A DNA stretch of 64,000 nt. Origin: Caldilineaceae bacterium (GTDB taxonomy: Bacteria > Chloroflexota > Anaerolineae > Caldilineales > Caldilineaceae). The notes under the pieces were generated by a model. The model worked only from the letters and a program-made list of their open reading frames with translations. It did no database searches and was not told where the DNA came from. The position numbers were made by a program, and so were the translations under genes. The stretch is taken from positions 38,947-102,946 of the forward strand of contig JAWKOL010000024.1 of assembly GCA_041391225.1 (NCBI GenBank), read 5' to 3'. Shown here in pieces: positions 44,495 through 54,077 of this stretch; the first letter of the stretch is position 1; every line of letters starts with the position of its first letter.

Positions 44495-45401
44495 TCAAAT
44501 CACCGCCAGCAGCACCGTCAGTGTGAACAGGCTGACCACCGTGGAAAACAGCACCGTGGTGGTGACAAAATCGAGGATCAGTTTGTGTTCCAGGGCGATG
44601 ATCGTAGCGAGGACGGCGGCGGGCATCCCAGCCTGCAAGATACCGGCAGCGCGTTCGATACCCGTCAGCCCAAAAGGGATCACGATCAATATGGCCAGCA
44701 TCGGCCCGCCGATCAGGCGCACGGCACTGGCAATGAAAACGTCGGCGCTAAAACGGATCTGCTTCATGGCGGCAAGCTGCACCCCTAGCGTCACCAGCAT
44801 GGTGGGGATCATAGCGCCCGCCAGCAGCGACGTGCTCCTGTCTACGAAGACGGGGAGTTGCACACCACTCCAGTTCACCAGCAGCGCGGGGACCAGCGCG
44901 ATCAGCGCCGGCGTCTTGAAGACGGCCAACGCAGCGCCCACACCGCCACCACGATGCCAGTTGGCCGCGCCCACCGCGATCACAAACGCGATCATGGTGA
45001 TGGACAGGAAGTAAAGCGTGGCCGGCACCAGCGTCGGAGCCGAGGCGAAACTCGATGATGGGCAGGCCGAAGTTGCCCACATTGCCGAAGACAGCGATGA
45101 CCACATACGCGCCGATCATTTCGGGCGAGCGCCCCAACGCCTTGCCAACCACAAAGCCCAACAGCGCCACCGCCACATGCACCGTGATGATGAACGCGAT
45201 CATGCGCACCGCAAGGTGCATTTCCACACGCGCATCGCTCATGATGTTGTACACAAAGGCCGGCACCAGCACAAAATAGGCCAGACGGGTCAATGTGCGG
45301 CCATCCAGCCCAAGTCGATCGCACACAAAATAGCCGATCATCACCAGCGCAAAGACAGGCATCACATTGTTAAAGAAGATTTCAAGCAGCAGCCAGAACA
45401 C
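44495..45401 (-). pseudogene. AEC (auxin efflux carrier) family transporter, one frame break near 45020
   Basis: ORFs 44748..45401 and 44495..45106 are collinear. NVMPVFALVMIGY, GNVGNFGLPI, AGMPAAVLATIIA. Confidence 0.7.
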
Positions 45402-45622
45402 ATCGCCTCGATTCAGATGAAACAGCGGATTCGATCCGAGGCAGTATAGATCTATGCAGGGGGATGTGCGAATATCAAAAGAGAGGTGATTGGTGAAGAA
45501 GTTGCTTTACCGCCCATTTCCGCCTACAATCCGATGATGGAAAGGCGCCGACAGGTAAACGGCGACAAGTCAAGTAAACAAAGCGGCAACTGAATCCGTG
45601 CAAACGATAGATGGGAAGTATC

Positions 45623-47326
45623 ATGTCTGAACAAGTCTCTGAGGAAGCCAGGAACGAAGAAGGATCATCGCTAGATTTCGTGCGCGTCATGGTCACCGAA
45701 GACGTGCGCAACGGGCGCTTTGGTGGCCGTGTGCAGACGCGTTTCCCGCCCGAGCCGAACGGCTATCTGCACATCGGCCATTCCAAGGCCATCTGCCTGG
45801 ATTTCGATGTGGCGACGGAGTTCGACGGCGTGTGCAATCTGCGCTTCGATGACACCAATCCAGTAAAAGAAGAGCAGGAATTCGTCGACGCTCAGCTCGA
45901 AGACATCCGCTGGCTGGGCTACGAACCGGCCGAAATCTTTTACGCGTCGGACTACTTCGAGCAGCTTTACGCGTGGGCCGTCGCGATGATCAAGCAGGGC
46001 AGGGCATACGTCGATGAGTTGAGTGCGGATCAAATCCGCGAATACCGTGGCACACTGACCGAACCGGGGCGCGAAAGCCCGTATCGCAACCGCCCAGTCG
46101 AAGAAAGCCTGGATCTCTTCGCGCGGATGCGCGCCGGCGAGTTCGCAGACGGCAGCAAAGTGCTGCGCGCCAAGATCGACATGGCCTCGGGCAACATCAA
46201 CCTGCGCGATCCAGTGATGTATCGCATCCGCCATGCCCATCACCAGCGCACCGGCGATGCCTGGTGCATCTACCCCATGTACGATTGGGCGCATGGGCAG
46301 AGCGACTCCATCGAAGGCGTCACCCATTCGTTCTGCACGCTGGAATACGAAGATCATCGTCCGCTCTACGATTGGTATCTGGCGCAGATCGGCGTCGATC
46401 TGCACCCGCAACAGATCGAGTTTGCTCGCCTGGCACTCACCTACACGCTGCTGAGCAAGCGTTACCTGCGCCGCCTGGTCGAGGAAGGCTTCGTCGACGG
46501 CTGGGATGATCCGCGCATGCCCACGCTGGCCGCACTGCGTCGCCGCGGCGTCCCGCCCAAGGCCATTCGCGACCTGTGCAACCAGATCGGCGTCTCGAAG
46601 ACCAACAGCACCGTGGACATTGCGTTGCTCGAATACTTCATCCGCCAGGAGCTGAACCTGCGCGCCAACCGCATCATGGGCGTGCTTGATCCGATCAAGG
46701 TGGTGATCACCAACTACCCCGAAGGGTACGTGGAAGAGCTGGAAGCGGTGAACAACCCCGAAGACGAAGACGCCGGCAGCCGCATCATCCCCTTCTCGGG
46801 TGAGCTGTACATCGAGCGAGATGACTTCATGGAAGATCCGCCACGCAAATACTTCCGTTTGTCGCCGGGGAAGGAAGTACGCCTGCGTTGGGGATACTTT
46901 ATCAAGTGCGACGAAGTGATCAAAGACGCCGAAGGCGAGATCGTCGAACTGCGCTGCACCTACGATCCTGAAACCAAAGGCGGCTACGCTCCCGACGGGC
47001 GCAAAGTGAAGGGGACGATCCACTGGGTCTCTGCGCCCCATGCGGTGGACGCCGAAGTGCGTCTGTACGACCGTCTTTTCAACGTGGAAGATCCCAGCAG
47101 CGTCCCCGAGGGCGGCGACTTTACCGACAATCTCAACCCCAATTCGCTCGAAGTTGTCACGGCGAAGCTGGAGCCGAGTGCGGCGGAGCTTGAAGCCGGC
47201 GTGGCCGTGCAGTTTGAGCGCAAGGGCTACTTCTGCCTGGATAGCAAAGATTCCAGCCCAGAGCAGCTTGTCTTCAACCAGACGATTGGTCTGCGCGACA
47301 CGTGGGCGAAGATGCAGGGCAAGTGA
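45623..47326 (+). CDS. glnS: glutamine--tRNA ligase
   Basis: Intact [20 protein letters not shown] (HIGH motif), [17 protein letters not shown] (KMSKS-like motif), C-terminal anticodon-binding beta barrels. Confidence 0.93.
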   Translation: MSEQVSEEARNEEGSSLDFVRVMVTEDVRNGRFGGRVQTRFPPEPNGYLHIGHSKAICLDFDVATEFDGVCNLRFDDTNPVKEEQEFVDAQLEDIRWLGYEPAEIFYASDYFEQLYAWAVAMIKQGRAYVDELSADQIREYRGTLTEPGRESPYRNRPVEESLDLFARMRAGEFADGSKVLRAKIDMASGNINLRDPVMYRIRHAHHQRTGDAWCIYPMYDWAHGQSDSIEGVTHSFCTLEYEDHRPLYDWYLAQIGVDLHPQQIEFARLALTYTLLSKRYLRRLVEEGFVDGWDDPRMPTLAALRRRGVPPKAIRDLCNQIGVSKTNSTVDIALLEYFIRQELNLRANRIMGVLDPIKVVITNYPEGYVEELEAVNNPEDEDAGSRIIPFSGELYIERDDFMEDPPRKYFRLSPGKEVRLRWGYFIKCDEVIKDAEGEIVELRCTYDPETKGGYAPDGRKVKGTIHWVSAPHAVDAEVRLYDRLFNVEDPSSVPEGGDFTDNLNPNSLEVVTAKLEPSAAELEAGVAVQFERKGYFCLDSKDSSPEQLVFNQTIGLRDTWAKMQGK

Positions 47327-47352
47327 ATTGGGGACTGGGGACTGGGGACTGG
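47326..47352. repeat. heptamer array GGGGACT x3-4 starting in the glnS stop codon
   Basis: aattggggactggggactggggactgg. Its reverse-complement partner is at 47495..47526. Confidence 0.85.
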
Positions 47353-47423
47353 ACCGCAGTGTCAGTCAAGGGTCCACTCAGTGCAATCCAAGCGGCGGCA
47401 GTTTCCGCCGTAGGCCGCAACGT

Positions 47424-47463
47424 AAAAGACCTGCCAGGTTGCAGAAAACCTGGCAGGTCTTTT
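47424..47463. terminator. family C hairpin acting as a bidirectional terminator between glnS and the hybrid kinase
   Basis: AAAAGACCTGCCAGGTT gcagaaa ACCTGGCAGGTCTTTT. Confidence 0.8.
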
Positions 47464-47494
47464 CTGTTGCATCCGTCCTGTAACTGGAAGTTTT

Positions 47495-47526
47495 CCCCAG
47501 TCCCTAATCCCCAGCCCCTAGCCCCC
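47495..47526. repeat. heptamer array (CCCCAGT / CCCTAAT type) overlapping the 3' end of the kinase gene
   Basis: ccccagtccctaatccccagcccctagccccc. It encodes the last residues (GLGAGD) of ORF 47504..49144. Confidence 0.85.
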
Positions 47527-49144
47527 TCAACATCTCGGCAAGCACCTCCAACTTAAACGGCTTGGGCAGATATTCGTCCATGCCGGCGTTGAGGCAGATT
47601 TCGCGGTCGCCTTCGACGGCGTTGGCGGTGAGCGCGATGATGGTGGGTTGACGGCGCAGAGACTGATCGGCGCGGATGGCGCGTGTGGCGGCCAGGCCGT
47701 CCATCTCGGGCATCTGCACATCCATCAAAATCACGTCGTACTCCTGCGTGGCCAGACGTTCCAGCACAAGCCTGCCGTTGGCGGCCACGTCGGCGCGCAG
47801 ACCGATGCGCCCAAGCAGCAACTGCATCACGCGCTGGTTGGTGAGGTTGTCTTCGGCCAAGAGGACACGCAGGCTGGGGTCGAGTTGCGGCAGATCTGCC
47901 GTCTTTGGGGCCGGTGGCGCCTGCGGTCGCTCTTCGTGGGATCGCAGCCACACCGAAACGTGAAAATGCGAGCCGATCCCTTCCTCGCTGTCGACCGTAA
48001 TGGTCCCACCCATCATCTCCGCCAAACGCCGGCTGATCACCAGCCCCAAACCAGTGCCGCCATAGCGGCGGGAATGCGAACCGTCGGCCTGCGCAAACGA
48101 GCGAAAAAGGAGCGCCAGTCGTTCGGTGGGAATGCCGATGCCGGTATCGCTCACCACAAAACGAAGCTCAACTTGCCCGTCGCTGTCGCGATGACCAGGC
48201 GACGCGGAAACCCCGATGGCGCCCTGCTCGGTGAACTTGACGGCATTGCCCACGAGATTGGTCAAAATCTGACGGAGCCGCAACTCGTCCCCAACCACAT
48301 GACGCGGTAGGTTCGGCGCTAATCGCATGGTCAGCAACAATTGACGCTTTGCCGCCGCGTGGCGGAAGAGCGTGTTGATATCGTGCAAACATTGGTGTAG
48401 GTCAAAGGGCTGTTCGGTCAGTTCCAGCCGTCCTGAGTCGATTTTCGAAAAATCGAGCACATCACTCACCAGCGCGATCAATGCGTCGCTGCTGGACGCA
48501 ATGGTCTCCACGTACTCGCGCTGCTCATCACTGAGTGCGCCGTCGCGCAGAACCTGAGCCATGCCCACAATGGCGTTGAGCGGCGTGCGGATCTCGTGGC
48601 TCACAGTGGCCAGGAATTCCGATTTCGCCTGATTGGCCGATTCGGCGGCAGTCAACGCAGAGCGGACCTGCGCCTCCAGCCGCTTGCGCCAGGTGATGTC
48701 CTGAAGGAAGCCGACGGAACCAATCGATCGGCCGGTTTCGTCGCGTTTCTCGATTGACGTATCGGAGATCCAGCGTTCGTCGCCGCTGGGGGTGACGATG
48801 CGTACGTCCACCGTCCAGGTGCTCACTTCGTTTTCGACGACGCGACGGCTGGCCTCGGCCATACTCAAACCGGCCAACTCGCCGCGGAACTGTGTCTCTT
48901 GGATGACGTCCTGCCATTTCCCAGGCGTCATGCCCTCACGCGGATGGCCTGTCACCTCCTCGAAGTTGTCGCCGATGTAGGTGAACAGCGGACCGTCGGC
49001 GCTGTTCTCGCGATGATAGGGAACACCGCCGGCAGCGGCAATCGCCTGTTGATAGATCTGCACTGGGAGGTGGTTGTCGTCTGGCGCCATTGGCCGTTGT
49101 GCAGCGTTGTTGTCAGCATTGATGATGGCCGGTAGGGCAGGCAA
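47504..49144 (-). CDS. hybrid sensor histidine kinase / response regulator with N-terminal PAS
   Basis: Intact 546-aa ORF. H-box SHEIRTPLNAIVGMAQ. ATPase GTGLGLVISRRLAEMMGG. Receiver VLLAEDNLTNQ...ILMDVQMPEMDG. Confidence 0.9.
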   Translation of the reverse strand: MPALPAIINADNNAAQRPMAPDDNHLPVQIYQQAIAAAGGVPYHRENSADGPLFTYIGDNFEEVTGHPREGMTPGKWQDVIQETQFRGELAGLSMAEASRRVVENEVSTWTVDVRIVTPSGDERWISDTSIEKRDETGRSIGSVGFLQDITWRKRLEAQVRSALTAAESANQAKSEFLATVSHEIRTPLNAIVGMAQVLRDGALSDEQREYVETIASSSDALIALVSDVLDFSKIDSGRLELTEQPFDLHQCLHDINTLFRHAAAKRQLLLTMRLAPNLPRHVVGDELRLRQILTNLVGNAVKFTEQGAIGVSASPGHRDSDGQVELRFVVSDTGIGIPTERLALLFRSFAQADGSHSRRYGGTGLGLVISRRLAEMMGGTITVDSEEGIGSHFHVSVWLRSHEERPQAPPAPKTADLPQLDPSLRVLLAEDNLTNQRVMQLLLGRIGLRADVAANGRLVLERLATQEYDVILMDVQMPEMDGLAATRAIRADQSLRRQPTIIALTANAVEGDREICLNAGMDEYLPKPFKLEVLAEMLRGLGAGD

Positions 49145-49280
49145 GAGTTTTGCTCCTAGATCGATGAACGAATTTTTACCTTACACACACCAAACGAGTA
49201 TAGCAGACAGCAAGTGCGCCGTGTATAGATTATTTGCTGGACATTGGTCAATTTCGAGTAACCTGATTTCAAGAATTTTT

Positions 49281-49407
49281 TGATCCACGAAGCCACACGA
49301 AGAGGAGGAGAGGGACACGGATTTCAAGATTAGCAGGACAGCAGAGCGGAAAAGCTTTCTGCTTGTGCTTTTCTGCCTTCGTGTGGCTTCGTGTGCCTTC
49401 GTGGATC
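49281..49407. repeat. MITE/REP-like palindromic element (GATCCACGAAGCCACACGAAG arms)
   Basis: tgatccacgaagccacacgaag ... cttcgtgtggcttcgtg[tgccttcgtg]gatc; the right arm carries a 10-nt internal duplication. Confidence 0.75.
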
Positions 49408-49630
49408 GTTTTTTCTCTGGTTTCTCCTAACCCGATTTCAGATTCGGGGCAAGCGGCGACAGTGCCAGGCACTGTCTGCCCCCAAAGTGCAGTACCCTTT
49501 CCCTTTAGGCGAACAGGACAAATCACAGAAAATGTAGTACCCTATGGTTCAAATCAAGTGAACTGGATCACAGCGATGGCGTAGGAAAAGCCTATACTAT
49601 TCTAGGTCTTGTTTCCATATACGTTTTGTT

Positions 49631-49660
49631 GCCATATATTGCCATATATTGCCATATATA
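49631..49660. repeat. 10-bp tandem repeat GCCATATATT x3, ~125 nt upstream of the metacaspase start
   Basis: Three contiguous copies, the last ending in A. Confidence 0.9.
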
Positions 49661-49783
49661 CTGTGCGGCAGCATCGCAGTTCAACACTAGAACGCCGTGC
49701 CGCTGTGAATTTCAGGGTGGAGCCTTAGTTGCTATTCGGCTGTGCGTAACCGCGATGCTGATTCACACAAAGGGGGAATTACA

Positions 49784-50713
49784 ATGTCAAGGCGCGCATT
49801 TCTCGTCGGCATTAACCAGTTCACGCGCCCAGAGTGGGCGTTGCGTGGATGTGTCAACGATTCAATCGCAATGCAACAGCTTTTGGGCGATCTCTACGGG
49901 TTCAGTTCAGATGAGATCCGCGTATTGCACGACGCTGATGCCACGACCAAGAACATACGCGAAGGGTTGTCGTGGTTGTTCAGCGATTACAGCGGCGACG
50001 GCAAAGACGTTCGACTCTTCCACTTTGCCAGCCACGGCACACAGGTGGCCGACACAACCAGCGACGAAGGGGACAAGCTAGACGAAGTGATCGTCCCCCA
50101 CGATCATTCGTGGACCAACCCCATGAAAGACGACGTGCTGCGTGGCTTCTTCGATGCCGTCCCCGAAAATGTCAGTTTCACCTTCCTTGCCGACTGTTGC
50201 CATAGCGGCAGCATCAACAAGGTGGTCTATCCCCCCGAAGTAGTCGACGTGCGCGAGCGCTTCATCGATCCGCCCGAAGAGATGCAGATGCGCATTGCCC
50301 GGCTCAAACTCCAACATCAGGAAGACGAAGAGAACTGGCTGGCGCCACGCCTGGCCGAAGAACGGGGCGACCGCTCCTTCCGTGAGTGGCTGGACGTACG
50401 CGACAAGATCAAAACACAGTTGCTGTCTCGTTTCCGCCGCGAGAAACAGGCCAAGGTATCCGGCGCCAAGCCGCAGATCCTGCTGGCGGCCTGTCGCGAT
50501 GAAGAGACCGCCGCCGATGCGTTCATCGACGGCGCCCACCGTGGCGCCTTCACCTGGTCGATCAACGCTGCAATCCGCGAACGCAACGGCGACATTACCT
50601 ACGGCGATCTCATCGCTCGTTCTGCTGCACTTTTGCAGAACTACACGCAGAATCCACAACTGGACTGTCCAGAAGAACTGCGCGGGCGTCGCTTCCTCAG
50701 CCCGCTGACGTAG
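49784..50713 (+). CDS. metacaspase-like peptidase C14 (caspase domain only, ~310 aa)
   Basis: ATG at 49784 after AGGGGG. LRGCVNDS, FHFASHGTQ (His) and LADCCHSGS (Cys). Confidence 0.85.
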   Translation: MSRRAFLVGINQFTRPEWALRGCVNDSIAMQQLLGDLYGFSSDEIRVLHDADATTKNIREGLSWLFSDYSGDGKDVRLFHFASHGTQVADTTSDEGDKLDEVIVPHDHSWTNPMKDDVLRGFFDAVPENVSFTFLADCCHSGSINKVVYPPEVVDVRERFIDPPEEMQMRIARLKLQHQEDEENWLAPRLAEERGDRSFREWLDVRDKIKTQLLSRFRREKQAKVSGAKPQILLAACRDEETAADAFIDGAHRGAFTWSINAAIRERNGDITYGDLIARSAALLQNYTQNPQLDCPEELRGRRFLSPLT

Positions 50714-50733
50714 ACAAGAAAGAGACGATACCC

Positions 50734-51695
50734 ATGACGAAACGAGCTTGTGTCGGTTTGGCGCGCGGCGAAAACCGGCGCAACAACGTCTTCCGTGCTC
50801 TTGAACTGGTGCGCGCCGAGGTAGAAGCCAAGCTCGCGCCGCAGGTGATGCTCAAGCCCAACTTCCTCTCTAGCCAGAACCAACTGGCTTCAAGTCATGT
50901 CGACGCCATGCGCGGCGCCATCGACTTTCTGCTAACCACGCCCACACCCCCCGAAGAGATCGTTATCGCCGAAGGCGGCAACGAAGCGCATTCCGGCGAA
51001 GCATTTGAGAACTTCGGCTATCACGCCCTCCAAAATGAATATCCTATCAACATTCGTTTGGTCGATTTGAACCAGGAAACACGCTGGGAAGAGACGCCCA
51101 TCCTGCTGGCGGATCGCAGCCGCGTCATGGTGCGCATGCCAAAGACGGTGCTGGAATGCCCATGCACAATCTCGATGGCCGTGGCCAAAACCCATGACGT
51201 GTGTGTGGTGACACTGGCGCTCAAAAACATGATCATGGGGACCCTCTACAAGCCGGATCGGGTGAAGATGCACGGCTTCAATTCCCACGCCGAACGCGTG
51301 TTGCCGGAAGAAGCGCAGGTGCTCAACCTCAACCTGATCCGGCTGGCGCGCTTCCTCAGCCCCGATATTTCGGTTGTGGACGGCACGCGCGGCCTGCAAG
51401 GCAACGGCCCCGGCGGCGAAGACGCGGTGCCGCTAGGCATTGTGGCCGCTGGCGTGGATGTCTTTGCGGCTGATGCGGTGATGACCCGCGCCATGGGCTT
51501 TGATCAATGGCGATGGGGTTGCTTCACTACGGGCATTCGCTCGGCCTCGGCGTGGCCGAGCTGGCCGAAATCGAGGTCCTGGAGACAGTGCTGGACGATG
51601 TGATCGTCCCCTTCAAACCACATGAGACAACCGACCGACAACTGCAATGGCAGATGGCGGACGCCCGCAGTGGTTGCGCCCATAAAATCCCTTAA
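50734..51695 (+). pseudogene. DUF362-domain protein, one frame break at 51505
   Basis: VMLKPNF, IAEGG, ISMAVAKTHDVCVVTLALKNM, VVDGTRGLQGNGP. Restoring a C (GAT-CCA-ATG) joins it to ORF 51507..51695. Confidence 0.7.
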
Positions 51696-51715
51696 ACATC
51701 TTGAGGAGCAAGCCC

Positions 51716-52531
51716 GTGAAATATCGCTACGCAGAGATGACCTGGCCAGAATGCCGCGGCGGCCACTCTGGGCGGGTGGCGGTGCTGCCCGTTGGCACTT
51801 ACGAAGATCACGGATATCATTTGCCCATCGATGTCGATGTTGTGCTGTGCAGCGAGATCTGCGAGCGGGCCGTGTCGCGCATCCCCGAAGAAGCGGTGCT
51901 CATTCCCCCGGTGACGCATGGATTCAGCCCCCACCATGTCGACTTCCCCGGCACCATATCGGTGAGTTGGGATACGTTCGTGGCCTACGTGCGCGACGTG
52001 TGCCTGAGCCTGGCCCATCACGGCTTCACCCACATCCTGATTGTCAACGGGCATGGCAGCAATACGGCGCCGCTGGAATTGTCGGCGCGGTTGACAGTGT
52101 TGGATAGCGAAGGCAAAGCGCTGTGCGCCACCGTCAACCACTGGGGAGTGCGCCGTGCGCGCGAAGTGGGCAACAGCGTGCGCGAATCGGGCTATGCCGG
52201 CGTCTCTCATGCCGGCGAATTCGAGACTTCGCTCTACCTGGCGTTGCGCCCCAGCCTGGCACAGATGGACAAAGCAGTAGACGAATCGAATCCTCTGCCG
52301 CCTTCTTTCCAAACCGATCTACTCAAAGGCAAGCGCCCCGACGCATCATCGGCGTTCCTCATGCCTTTCTGGAGCACGATGACGGAAAGCGGAGTGCGCG
52401 GCGCGGCCACACTCGCCAGCGAGGAGAAGGGTCAACAGTTCCTAGAGGCGGGGATCGAGGGGTTGATCGAGCTGATCCGCGAGTTTCGGTCGGTGTCGCT
52501 GCCGCCTCGCAAGGATTACAACGCGCAATGA
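51716..52531 (+). CDS. creatininase-family (creatinine amidohydrolase / MftE-like fold) hydrolase
   Basis: GTG at 51716, 6 nt after GAGGAG. LPVGTYEDHGYHLPIDVD, IVNGHGSN and SHAGEFETS metal/active-site motifs. Confidence 0.8.
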   Translation: MKYRYAEMTWPECRGGHSGRVAVLPVGTYEDHGYHLPIDVDVVLCSEICERAVSRIPEEAVLIPPVTHGFSPHHVDFPGTISVSWDTFVAYVRDVCLSLAHHGFTHILIVNGHGSNTAPLELSARLTVLDSEGKALCATVNHWGVRRAREVGNSVRESGYAGVSHAGEFETSLYLALRPSLAQMDKAVDESNPLPPSFQTDLLKGKRPDASSAFLMPFWSTMTESGVRGAATLASEEKGQQFLEAGIEGLIELIREFRSVSLPPRKDYNAQ

Positions 52532-53031
52532 TCGAGATGCGAACCGCCGCGTTGGCCGATCTGCGCGCCATCGTGGCACTGGATCAAGAGATCTTCGGCG
52601 TCTACGGTGCAGACGAAGATCCGCGGATCATCGAGGGGCGGCTGAAGGCATTTCCGGCGGGCTGCGTGGTGCTGATGGAAGAGGGCAGGCTTGTCGCCTA
52701 CCTCACCACCGAAAAGTGGAAGAGCCGACGCGAGCCGGCATTGAACGAAGATCCCGCCATCACCCACCAACCCGAAGGTACGGTCTTGAACATCACAACA
52801 CTGGCCGTCGCCCCCAGCGCACAGGGACGCGGGCTGGGCGGCCGTCTCCTGGATGCAGCGATTGAGATTGCCTGCCGCGAAGCGTGTGTGGAAATTGTCC
52901 TTGAGACGGCCAGGGCCAAGGAATTCTACCTGGCACGAGGCTTCGAATGGATCGGAGACCGCTCTCAGCGAGGCATTTTACTGAACGTGATGGTACGCTT
53001 ACTGCAGAATGACTGTAGCCAGGATTTGTAA
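52528..53031 (+). CDS. GNAT-family N-acetyltransferase
   Basis: ATG overlaps the creatininase stop (ATGA). LAVAPSAQGRGLGGRLLDAAIE is the acetyl-CoA-binding motif. Confidence 0.8.
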   Translation: MIEMRTAALADLRAIVALDQEIFGVYGADEDPRIIEGRLKAFPAGCVVLMEEGRLVAYLTTEKWKSRREPALNEDPAITHQPEGTVLNITTLAVAPSAQGRGLGGRLLDAAIEIACREACVEIVLETARAKEFYLARGFEWIGDRSQRGILLNVMVRLLQNDCSQDL

Positions 53032-53284
53032 GCGAAAATAAATATCTCAGCATTAGAATATCATATATACTTACTTAGAATCTGAGTACACCAACAACAC
53101 GCATACACATAGCGCGCAATCACAAAGACCTTAATGTACAAACAGCAAAACCTTACAACCTGATAGATTCAGCGGCGTGCTGAGTGCCAAGGAAATGGTA
53201 ATACAGGCATGTTCTACAGGAAGGCGTTGTGTACTAAGATAGTGTTGAGCTACATCTGGCATTGCGACAGAAAGAGAAGCGATT

Positions 53285-53989
53285 GTGAAGAAGAGAATTC
53301 TTGTGGTTGATGATGACCGCACCCTTCTTGAATTATTAAGAGCGCACCTTCAACGCCACGATTACGATGTTGTCGTTGCGGAGAATGGCGCTGCAGCGCT
53401 GCGCATGGCTTATCAGAGCCATCCAGATCTGATTATCTTGGATGTTATGATGCCGGAGATGTCGGGTATTGAGGTATGTAAGCGCCTGCGTGAGATGTCG
53501 AACACGCCGATCATCATGCTCACGGCGCTTTCGCAAGAGAATTATGTGATCAAGGCGCTGGATGCCGGCGCCGACGATTACGTGCGCAAGCCGTATACAA
53601 TCGGCGAACTACTGGCGCGCATCAAGGTGCAATTTCGAGCAGAGAAACAGGGAGCGGAGAATGAGCCACCGGCGCAATTGGTGGCCGGCGAAGTGCAGAT
53701 CGATCTGCCCAAGCGCAAAGTTTCTGTGCGCGGAACCCCTGTGGATTTGACGCCAACGGAGTACGATCTGCTTGTCTTCATGGCGCGCCACCACGACGAG
53801 GTGCTCACCCACGAACGCCTGTTGCGCGAAGGATGGGGGCCGGAATATGTCGATCAACTGGACTATTTGCGGCTTTACATTCGCTACCTACGCAACAAGA
53901 TAGAATCCAACCCATCGCAGCCAGAGATAATCAAGACCGAGCGAGGGATTGGCTACTACATGAACACTTTCACAACCACCTTGAACTGA
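53285..53989 (+). CDS. OmpR/PhoB-family response regulator (no adjacent kinase)
   Basis: ILVVDDD, LIILDVMMPEMSG, and the winged-helix end LTPTEYDLLVFMARH...ERGIGY. Confidence 0.9.
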   Translation: MKKRILVVDDDRTLLELLRAHLQRHDYDVVVAENGAAALRMAYQSHPDLIILDVMMPEMSGIEVCKRLREMSNTPIIMLTALSQENYVIKALDAGADDYVRKPYTIGELLARIKVQFRAEKQGAENEPPAQLVAGEVQIDLPKRKVSVRGTPVDLTPTEYDLLVFMARHHDEVLTHERLLREGWGPEYVDQLDYLRLYIRYLRNKIESNPSQPEIIKTERGIGYYMNTFTTTLN

Positions 53990-54032
53990 TTGCGAACGAA
54001 GGCGCTTGGATAGAGAAACCAAATACAGATCG

Positions 54033-54068
54033 CAAAGGGGGATGGCTATGGGCCATCCCCCTTTGTTT
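54033..54068. terminator. bidirectional terminator between the response regulator and the PD40 gene
   Basis: CAAAGGGGGATGGC tatgg GCCATCCCCCTTTG followed by TTTTG. Confidence 0.75.
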
Positions 54069-54077
54069 TGTACTACA

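Noticed and set aside
49520-49575. GGTTCAAATC, which resembles a tRNA T-loop.
   Set aside because: There is no complementary T-stem, acceptor stem or anticodon arm in the flanking ~90 nt. I found no tRNA anywhere in the window.
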